A stretch of DNA of 64,000 nt from Zygnema circumcarinatum SAG 698-1b (taxonomy: Eukaryota; Plantae; Zygnematophyceae), in contig CM074819.1 in assembly GCA_037447605.1 (NCBI GenBank), forward strand, positions 1,882,297 through 1,946,296. Direction: 5' to 3'. Numbering within the stretch: position 1 is the first letter of the stretch; each line of letters starts with the position of its first letter. The notes beneath the pieces are model-generated. The model saw only the letters and a program-made list of their open reading frames with translations. It ran no database searches and had not been told where the DNA came from. Made by a program: the position numbers and the translations under genes. Shown one piece after another: positions 49,099 to 58,175 of this stretch.

Positions 49099-49229
49099 TG
49101 TAACAAACCACTGCCTCCAGCAGGGTTCGAACTCAGGACCTCCCGGTATTCACCTAAGTGCTTTACCATTAAAAGGCAACCGCGGATGTAAGTACTAGGT
49201 CATACACCCCATGTATACCGTTCGTTACA
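49099..49229 (-). mobile_element. 131-bp mini-LTR (TGTAAC...GTTACA) containing a tRNA-like module
   Basis: Preceded by PPT GGTGGGGAGGAA (49241-49230) and followed by a PBS. Internal TGCCTTTTAATGGTAAAGCACTTAGGTGAATACCGGGAGGTCCTGAGTTCGAACCCTGCTGGAGGCA (49178-49112). Confidence 0.8.
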
Positions 49230-49401
49230 TTCCTCCCCACCTAAACCGTGCTCGTCCTCGAGCACAACACTCAAGGGTTTTCACGAGCGCGTTCAAGCTC
49301 CTTCATCACATGGCAGTATGTACGGTTCAGACCCTCTGGCCAACCATACCATGCTCAGAGATCATGGTGTTTTTAGGGTGGATTGCAAATACCCGTCCTT
49401 A

Positions 49402-49828
49402 GGCTTTGATACCAAAATGTAGCAAGCCTTGAGCACAACACCCAAAGCCTGCTAGAAACTAAATCACTTAAACGTGTAATGCTGGTTTTTGGAACGATTG
49501 CAAGTGCCCCCTCCAGGAAGCCCCCTCTTGCATTCATCCCACGCCCCTTATACGCTCCCCCCGTCGAACCCTTTACCAGCGTAAGGGACCGGGAGCAGGG
49601 CTAGCCAATGGCGCCATGCCACGTGGCCAATCGGCTGGTCCAATGCCAGTTGTAGAGAGGCCAGTCACGAGCCAGCATTTCTCAATGTGTGACCGTGACG
49701 CGTCACTCCGCATAGCGACCGGCGGTCGTGGTCGCGTACCGATCTCGAATGCGACGCGCGACGCCGCAGAATCACCGTCAGTCCATACCGCCCGTACGAC
49801 GGTACGGATCCGTACGGATACACCGTAC
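49402..49828 (-). mobile_element. 3' part of a long gypsy LTR (...GCTACA) plus PBS TGGTATCAAAGCC
   Basis: LTR end at 49418 and PBS at 49414-49402. Contains TATA-like CGTATAAGGG, CCAAT boxes and a G-box. Probably the distal part of the B-type LTR that starts at 50764. Confidence 0.65.
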
Positions 49829-50387
49829 TGTTGGTGCAGCGGCCTCCGTGCGAGGTGCTGCCACTTCTCCTCTGCCCTCGGTAGAGCTCGACATCTTCAA
49901 TGACTTGATCAACCACACTCCTCAAGGATGTAGACACACACACAAGTCTGAATGCAGTAGAACAGATCAGCGGAAAAGAGAAGATGTAAGGAGAAAGCCT
50001 CCAGCCTAAAACTCCTTAATATAAAGATGAATACAACTTGACAACTCTAGAGCCAAGCTTCAAGCACCTAAACTCAAGCTACGTGATTACACCACCCCAC
50101 TACAAGCTGAACACTTCCCACTATCTTCTAAGCCCAAAGCAAGATAGCCTCACTACCTACGTGAGTCCCGAGAAGGTTAACTCCTTCAAAACAGACCTCT
50201 ATCATATACAACAATGGCCGTGTGACGTGACACAAGTTGTCACGTCGCGTCCGCCATTGCAAACCCATGCACAATCTCGGTGGGCGCACTCAAGAATAGC
50301 GACCAGCTAGTGCGCCTCGTAAACCTACGACAGCACCGACCTAGTTCTTGTCTATTCGTACATCTGTCCGTACAGTTCTGCCGCTTC
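49829..50387 (-). mobile_element. Copia-family LTR variant inserted in the gypsy LTR (repeated at 51183-51771)
   Basis: Begins TGTTGGTGCAG and shares AAAACTCCTTAAT and TGTGACGTGACACAAGTTGTCACGTC with the other copia LTRs. Confidence 0.8.
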
Positions 50388-50397
50388 NNNNNNNNNN

Positions 50398-51182
50398 GTC
50401 CGATTGTCAGTCCGTTCGTAACAACGGTAACCCGTAACTGTACGGACGACTTGCCGATTCCAAAAGGGGGATCTGGACCGCGGCCCGAGATCCAATCGCG
50501 GGACCGGATTGGTCCTGTGGTGGCGTTAGTCCCCAATCCTCCCTTATGCCGAGGAGGGGACCTTGGCGGGTGATGTGGGGCGCACCGTGACTATATGGTG
50601 CCCCCACGTGTGAACCAGTTCTTACGGTTCGAACCTAGGACCTCCGTCGTCCTATAGGGTATCCGATGCCCTAACCATTAGGTAATGCATTGGATGGAAA
50701 CATAAGGCCACGCCGGGCTTCAAGTAATCCTTCCCCCTTGGGGTGAATGTAGCGTTTCGCTACAGGATCCACCACCACTAGAAGGTGCGCCACCCTCGTT
50801 GGGGTGACTCCCCCCTGTTGCAGAGACAGGGGGTCCAGACGACCGTCCGCTGCTTGAGGCAGCAGGTTGGGTCGTAGTTCTCGTGGCATTTGATGGTGCT
50901 ACCCCATCAGCTACCCCAGGAAAATCTTTCCTTGCCTTAATAGCTTCGGCCTGGGCAATGTTGGACGTACCTTTAGCTCCCGTCAAATTCTCCATGGCGA
51001 GGGCTAAATCCCCTCGCAGGTCCGCAGGGAGCTTGTCCATCAACTTCTGNNNNNNNNNNCTCCGCATAGCGACCGGCGGTCGTGGTCGCGTACCGATCTC
51101 GAATGCGACGCGCGACGCCGCAGAATCACCGTCAGTCCATACCGCCCGTACGACGGTACGGATCCGTACGGATACACCGTAC
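50398..51182 (-). mobile_element. Duplicate contigs of gypsy B LTR and gag fragment
   Basis: 50596-51049 is essentially identical to 48522-48975, and 51060-51740 to ~49706-50387. Both are bounded by 10-N gaps. Confidence 0.75.
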
Positions 51183-52496
51183 TGTTGGTGCAGCGGCCTC
51201 CGTGCGAGGTGCTGCCACTTCTCCTCTGCCCTCGGTAGAGCTCGACATCTTCAATGACTTGATCAACCACACTCCTCAAGGATGTAGACACACACACAAG
51301 TCTGAATGCAGTAGAACAGATCAGCGGAAAAGAGAAGATGTAAGGAGAAAGCCTCCAGCCTAAAACTCCTTAATATAAAGATGAATACAACTTGACAACT
51401 CTAGAGCCAAGCTTCAAGCACCTAAACTCAAGCTACGTGATTACACCACCCCACTACAAGCTGAACACTTCCCACTATCTTCTAAGCCCAAAGCAAGATA
51501 GCCTCACTACCTACGTGAGTCCCGAGAAGGTTAACTCCTTCAAAACAGACCTCTATCATATACAACAATGGCCGTGTGACGTGACACAAGTTGTCACGTC
51601 GCGTCCGCCATTGCAAACCCATGCACAATCTCGGTGGGCGCACTCAAGAATAGCGACCAGCTAGTGCGCCTCGTAAACCTACGACAGCACCGACCTAGTT
51701 CTTGTCTATTCGTACATCTGTCCGTACAGTTCTGCCGCTTCGCCAGCCCTTTTAGCGACTTTTGTCCGCCGNNNNNNNNNNGCGTCTCCACCATGGCTTG
51801 TTCGAGGAAGGTGGATGACATGGAGCTCACGGTCCGCCGCCTGGTGGACACGCTCCAAATGGAGTTCCGGGGCCTTGCGGACAGGCTCCGGAGGATCGAG
51901 GAAGGTATGCCCCGAACCCCCCCTCAGGCTGTAGAGGCAGTAGATGCAGCAGGTCCTGGGGAAGGGGTTAGGCAAACCACTCCGGTAGCGTCGTCTGTCC
52001 CGACGCCCCAACCGGCTGCCGGAAGCAGCCGGCAGAAGTCCGGACCCCCTGGTTTTTCCACGGGGGGAAGTCACCCCCACGGGGGTGGCGAACCACCCAG
52101 CAGTGGGGGACCCCCGTCGGGGGCAACTGCTGGGGGCGGAGGAGATCCCAGTCCTCGGACTGCTCCCCCGCAACCTACTGAGGATGCCCGACGGAATCGG
52201 GCCAAGGTGGCCCCTCTNNNNNNNNNNGATGCAGGCCCTTCCCGACCCCAGCAGAGGTCGGGAGATGTGACAGGGTCGTGGAAGGCGGGACCCTCTGCTC
52301 CTGCCAAACCGGCAGGAAAGAACAAGCGGAAGCAGCCGGAAACGACTGCCCGCCCAGCCCCTGCACGGCCACAGAAGTTGACTCCAGAGGAAATGGAGAA
52401 GATGCAGCGGGAGAACAAGTGTTTCCGCTGCCGCAAGGAGGGGCACAAGGCCCGGGATTGCCCTCTGAACGCCAAGGACAAGAAGGGCAAGGGGCC

Positions 52497-52540
52497 GGAA
52501 AACCCCAACCCACCAGCAGCTTAGGGGTCGCTGCTGGTGG
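52497..52540 (+). promoter_or_regulatory. Putative -1 programmed ribosomal frameshift signal (gag-pol)
   Basis: G_GAA_AAC heptamer (52497-52503), 6-nt spacer and 11-bp stem CCACCAGCAGC/GCTGCTGGTGG. Also at 48175-48132, 37147-37104 and 59821-59778 on the minus strand. Confidence 0.7.
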
Positions 52541-55500
52541 ACATGCTAGGTTAGGGGAAGGGATGGAGACTGTTGCCAAGACTAGGGGACAATTGTTTCT
52601 TAGAACCTTGGACATTCTTAAATTGATTGGCAGACCTTTGGGAATGCACGATCTCTTTGTGTGTGATGCACCCCCTGTTTCCATTTCCCTCTCCCCTGCC
52701 ACTATAGTGACTCCTTCTGGGTTTATGGATGTAGTGATGAATGGTGATTGGCATGTCTTTATCCTCAATGTCATGGGCGATGATGTTCTCATGCAATGTG
52801 CCATGGATGCTTTGCATGTCATGGAAACACCTCCCCATGTCCTTGAAACATGTACTGGTTCCTCAGCACATGGCAATTCGCACCTTTCCCAACGCCACTT
52901 GGCGGTTGGTGAAACAGTTGAGGAAAGGGCACAAATTGGTGCAGACGATGGAAGGATCCACCAGTTCGCTGGTTGGGTCACCCTACACCTTGGTGTGGAG
53001 GACGACTCGTCCTCAACCCTCGCATATAGTGGGATCCATGTTCCATCTTGCCCATCGTGCCATGACTTTCCGGGGGTCAGCCAATGGCAACCCAGCAGTT
53101 ATATTGCTAGATACTGGGGCAGATGCTAACTTTGTTAGTTCTGCATTCACCCAAAGATTTGGGTTGACCACAGATCCCCATTCAGAAAGTGTTACTTTCG
53201 GGGATGGACGCCAGGGCCGGATCTCTGGCATCGTCACACTCAAGATCAAGCTCTAATCCTACTCCGAGGCAGTGAAGTGTCTTCTGTCACAACTGGCCTC
53301 TGGTACGGATGTTATTTTAGGGAGTACTTGGTTAACCATGGTCAAAGCCCAATTGGACTTTTCCATCCCACACTGTATTCTGCACAGTGGGGATAGGCGC
53401 ATCACACTGCACCCTGGCAAACCCACATCCACTGCAATCACGCAGGTTGATACTCCTTATCTCTGCTCGGCCATGCAATTGGCCAAAGCTGTTAAGGAGG
53501 GTTGCACCTTGTTCATAATGCATGTCATGGCAGCCACTGAGGATGTGCATGACGAAGATCAGGAATGGCATATCACATCTATGGATGTGCTCTTGGCCGT
53601 TCCACCCAAATTCCAACCTTTGTTGGATGAATTCAGAGATGTCTTCCCTGACGACCTCCCGAGAGGGTTGCCACCATCTCGAGGAGTGGGGCACACAATC
53701 CCTCTTGAGCCTGAGCAAAAGCCGCCTTGGCGGCCGATTTATCGGTTAAGCCCAAAAGAAACCGAAGAGATGCGTAAGCAGTTGACTAATTTACGGGACA
53801 AAGGCCGGATAGAACCCAGTCAGAGCCCCTTTGGGGCGCCCATCTTGTTTGTTGGGAAAAACGATGGCTCGTTGAGAATGTGCATTGATTATCGCGCACT
53901 CAACAAGATCACCGTAAAGAATCGATTTGCTTTACCACGTATTGATGATCTGTTAGATCGTCTTCACGGCGCCAAAGTGTTTACTTCACTTGACCTTGCT
54001 CAGGGGTATCATCAGATCCGCGTAACGGAAGCTGATGTGCCAAAAACTGCGTTCCGGACGCCGATTGGTCATTTCCAGTATAAGGTGTTGCCCTTTGGAT
54101 TGACTAATGCTCCGGCGACTTTCCAGGTTGTAATGAACGAGATGTTCATCGGCATGGACGCGTTTGTTTTGGTTTACCTCGATGACATCCTTGTCTTTAG
54201 TAAGACAGAGGGGGAACATCTTGAACACGTTCGGAAAGTGTTTGAGGTACTGAGGACGAACCGGTTTTATGCCAAGAGAAAGAAGTGTCACTTCATGCAA
54301 CGTGAGTTGCTCTATCTTGGGCATATTCTCAATGATCAGAGCCTTCGGCCAGATCCTGCCAAGGTTTCTGCGGTAGAAACTTGGGCGCCACCGACTGACT
54401 TACATTAGTTGCGGTCATTCTTAGGATTTGCGAATTATTTTCGTAAATTCATCCAAGGGTTTAGTAAGCTGGTTACTCCCTTGACCAATTTGACACGTTC
54501 CGGTGTCCCCTTTGCATGGACCCCTTAATGTCAGGACGCATTCGAGGGCGTGCGCCATGCACTTCTTACCGCACCCACTCTCCGTTAAGCGGACCCGTCC
54601 AAACCTTATGAAGTGGTTTGTGATTCTTTGGGATTTGCCTTGGGTGCCGTCTTGTTTCAAGATGGCCAACCTTTGGCGTATGAAAGTCGCAAAATGAATC
54701 CCGCTGAGCGCAACTATTCTGCAACAGAACAGGAACTGCTTGCAGTAGTCCACGCCCTGAGGACATGGCGGTGCTATTTGGAGGGGGCGAAAGCGGTCAC
54801 GCTGGTCACTGACCACCGCCCGCTGACGTTCCTCTCAACCCAACAGACCTTGTCTAGGCGGCAGGCACGGTGGTCTNNNNNNNNNNGTTGGATGAATTCA
54901 GAGATGTCTTCCCTGACGACCTCCCGAGAGGGTTGCCACCATCTCGAGGAGTGGGGCACACAATCCCTCTTGAGCCTGAGCAAAAGCCGCCTTGGCGGCC
55001 GATTTATCGGTTAAGCCCAAAAGAAACCGAAGAGATGCGTAAGCAGTTGACTAATTTACGGGACAAAGGCCGGATAGAACCCAGTCAGAGCCCCTTTGGG
55101 GCGCCCATCTTGTTTGTTGGGAAAAACGATGGCTCGTTGAGAATGTGCATTGATTATCGCGCACTCAACAAGATCACCGTAAAGAATCGATTTGCTTTAC
55201 CACGTATTGATGATCTGTTAGATCGTCTTCACGGCGCCAAAGTGTTTACTTCACTTGACCTTGCTCAGGGGTATCATCAGATCCGCGTAACGGAAGCTGA
55301 TGTGCCAAAAACTGCGTTCCGGACGCCGATTGGTCATTTCCAGTATAAGGTGTTGCCCTTTGGATTGACTAATGCTCCGGCGACTTTCCAGGTTGTAATG
55401 AACGAGATGTTCATCGGCATGGACGCGTTTGTTTTGGTTTACCTCGATGACATCCTTGTCTTTAGTAAGACAGAGGGGGAACATCTTGAACACGTTCGGA

Positions 55501-56386
55501 AAGTGTTTGAGGTACTGAGGACGAACCGGTTTTATGCCAAGAGAAAGAAGTGTCACTTCATGCAACGTGAGTTGCTCTATCTTGGGCATATTCTCAATGA
55601 TCAGAGCCTTCGGCCAGATCCTGCCAAGGTTTCTGCGGTAGAAACTTGGGCGCCACCGACTGACTTACATTAGTTGCGGTCATTCTTAGGATTTGCGAAT
55701 TATTTTCGTAAATTCATCCAAGGGTTTAGTAAGCTGGTTACTCCCTTGACCAATTTGACACGTTCCGGTGTCCCCTTTGCATGGACCCCTTAATGTCAGG
55801 ACGCATTCGAGGGCGTGCGCCATGCACTTCTTACCGCACCCACTCTCCGTTAAGCGGACCCGTCCAAACCTTATGAAGTGGTTTGTGATTCTTTGGGATT
55901 TGCCTTGGGTGCCGTCTTGTTTCAAGATGGCCAACCTTTGGCGTATGAAAGTCGCAAAATGAATCCCGCTGAGCGCAACTATTCTGCAACAGAACAGGAA
56001 CTGCTTGCAGTAGTCCACGCCCTGAGGACATGGCGGTGCTATTTGGAGGGGGGCGAAAGCGGTCACGCTGGTCACTGACCACCGCCCGCTGACGTTCCTC
56101 TCAACCCAACAGACCTTGTCTAGGCGGCGAGCACGGTTAGTGCGAGGATTCCTCCAAAGATTTGGTACCCGAGTGGGTCTCGGCGGAAGAAATTTGAATG
56201 CTTAGCAAACCGCGGCGGGCAGCCTCGGCATCTTGCTGGATGTTGGCTTCGTCATTTCGGTGTTGGTGGAGCGAGGATGAGCCAGGAGTGGTACAGCCAG
56301 CCCCGGTTTCCGTCTCCAGCGTAGCTTTGTCATAGATCCTCCACACCCGGTGGCCAGCGGTCGACCTCGCTCTCGATCTCAAACGG

Positions 56387-58024
56387 ATGATTCAGGAGGG
56401 GTATACTGGTGATCCTTTGTTCCTGGATGGCCAAGGTAATGGCTATAAGGACAAAGTGGTGTCTAAGGACGGATTTTGGTACCACGGCCAGCAGTTGGTC
56501 GTGCCCAAGACCGGGACTGTACGGCAGCTCATTCTGAGTGAGTTACATGATCCTCCGTACCGAGGTCACATGGGAGTTGCCAAAACCCGTGAGGCACTGC
56601 TCCGAGAGTTCTGGTGGCCTGGACTCTCGAGGGACGTGAAAGCGTATGTACTCGCTTGTCCAACTTGTCAACGAAACAAACCCCGCACTGGCAGGATCCC
56701 TGGCCAGCTGCAACCCCTCACACCTCCTTTTCGGAAATGGGACAGTGTGGGTATGGACTTGATCACAGATCTTCCTGTGACACCTCGGGGGCATGACTCC
56801 ATCCTCGTCTTTGTCGATCGGCTCAGCAAGATGGTGCATTTTGCACCAACTACTAAGACCGCTGGGGCCGACGAGATTGCACGGTTGTATGTTGACAAAG
56901 TGTGGAGCCAGCATGGTCTTCAGTCAGAAATTGTGTCTGACCGTGATCCACGATTCACCGGCCATTTTTGGACGGAAGTGCTCAAAATCGTGGGGACCAA
57001 GCCGGCCCTGAGTACAGCTTTCCACCCGCAAACCGATGGCCAGACGGAACGGGTGAACAGGATCCTGGAGGATTACCTCCGGCATTATGTGGGACCTACC
57101 CCGGATGGGTGGGATGAACTGCTCCCAGTGGCTGAGTATGCCATCAATAATGCTTACCAGGAGTCCATTGGTACCACCCCTTTCTTCTTGAACTTTGGCC
57201 AGCATCCTCTAAATCCCCTGCAACCAAGGGATCAGCCCCCTGATCCGTGGAACATGGGCGTCCACAGAACGCCCGACCCTTGGAAGCTGAGAGGGACTGA
57301 TGGGACTCAACCTCCGGCGGTCAGATCTTTTGTCTGGCTAATGTCTAAGGCGCTGCAGAGGGCACGGCAGACCCTGCTAGCGGCCCAGTCGCGACAAAAG
57401 GCCTATGCTGATCGTCACCGTACCCAACTCACTTTCAATGAGGGCGACGAAGTGTTGTTAAGTACGGCGAACTTGAGACTCAAGGCTTATGGCGAAACAC
57501 GTAAGTTGTGGCCCCGCTTCATCGGACCCTTCAAGGTCGTGAAGCGCATCAATGAGGTCGCTTACCGGTTAGATTTACCATCTCACATGAAGGTGCATCC
57601 GGTCTTTCATGTGGGCTTGCTAAAGGTCTACCGTAGCGATGGGAGGATCCAGCCACCTCCCCCACCAGTGGAACTTGAAGGTGAACTTGAGTATGAAGTT
57701 GAAACCATTCAAGCCCACCGTATTGTGAGAAAGGGTCGTTCTTCCCGTCACGAATACCTCGTGAAATGGTTGGGTTATGGGGTTGAACATAGCACATGGG
57801 AAGTCGAGGGCAACTTAACCAATTGCCAAGAGCTCATCAATTTGTACTGGGAGGCGCAGGCCGCAGGAGAGCGGGCGAGGGCGGCTCGGGGGATTCCTGA
57901 GCCGTCCCCGCGCAACTCGGAAAGGGACTTGACCGGGATTATCGCTGAGCCCTCCCGGTTATCACGTAGAGTTCGACGCGTGCCGTTGAAACTACGAGCT
58001 GCCTTTACTACCCCACACACGTGA
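56387..58024 (+). CDS. Gypsy integrase-chromodomain portion of pol (intact 545-aa frame)
   Basis: HHCC, DDE core, FIGPFKV, HPVFHV and chromodomain YEVETIQAHR...EYLVKWLGYGVEHSTWE. Confidence 0.88.
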   Translation: MIQEGYTGDPLFLDGQGNGYKDKVVSKDGFWYHGQQLVVPKTGTVRQLILSELHDPPYRGHMGVAKTREALLREFWWPGLSRDVKAYVLACPTCQRNKPRTGRIPGQLQPLTPPFRKWDSVGMDLITDLPVTPRGHDSILVFVDRLSKMVHFAPTTKTAGADEIARLYVDKVWSQHGLQSEIVSDRDPRFTGHFWTEVLKIVGTKPALSTAFHPQTDGQTERVNRILEDYLRHYVGPTPDGWDELLPVAEYAINNAYQESIGTTPFFLNFGQHPLNPLQPRDQPPDPWNMGVHRTPDPWKLRGTDGTQPPAVRSFVWLMSKALQRARQTLLAAQSRQKAYADRHRTQLTFNEGDEVLLSTANLRLKAYGETRKLWPRFIGPFKVVKRINEVAYRLDLPSHMKVHPVFHVGLLKVYRSDGRIQPPPPPVELEGELEYEVETIQAHRIVRKGRSSRHEYLVKWLGYGVEHSTWEVEGNLTNCQELINLYWEAQAAGERARAARGIPEPSPRNSERDLTGIIAEPSRLSRRVRRVPLKLRAAFTTPHT

Positions 58025-58175
58025 ACGAGGGCGTTCACATCCTCACAGGGGGGGAGTAATGTAGCGAAACGCTACAGTCACCCACGGGAGGTGTACTTAG
58101 GGCGCGCTCCGTCCTAGTACTCTCACCCCGGGCGCGGGCCGAGTGGTCAAGGCGCCGGGGACCACNNNNNNNNNN

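Larger units (their letters stand above)
51782..58165 (+). mobile_element. Ty3/gypsy chromovirus family B copy 2: gag, extra domain, PR, RT, RNase H, integrase with GPY/F and chromodomain, PPT, 3' LTR start (pseudogenised)
   Basis: Gag to TAG 52524, LLDTGADANF, RT (LRMCIDYRALN, LDLAQGYHQ, PFGLTNAPATFQ, YLDDIL), RNase H and integrase ORF 56387-58024. PPT 58047-58059, LTR TGTAGCGAAACGCTACA at 58060. Stops at 53254, 54406 and others. 54887-56140 duplicates ~53622-54876. Confidence 0.93.

Noticed and set aside
49112-49178. Functional tRNA gene (GAA triplet at the anticodon position)
   Set aside because: The T-stem and anticodon stem pair poorly, the acceptor geometry is abnormal, and it lies inside an LTR. 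Treated as a tRNA-derived module.
50398-51771. Tandem ~2-kb LTR/gag array
   Set aside because: Short contigs identical to 48522-50387 separated by 10-N gaps. It cannot be distinguished from scaffolding redundancy.
52522-52625. Stop-codon readthrough from gag into pol
   Set aside because: The gag frame has further stops shortly downstream. In the copy with an unbroken frame (48109-46822) pol is in the -1 frame.
53622-56140. Tandem duplication of RT/RNase H
   Set aside because: The two copies are virtually identical, including stop codons, and abut a 10-N gap. Most likely redundant contig overlap.
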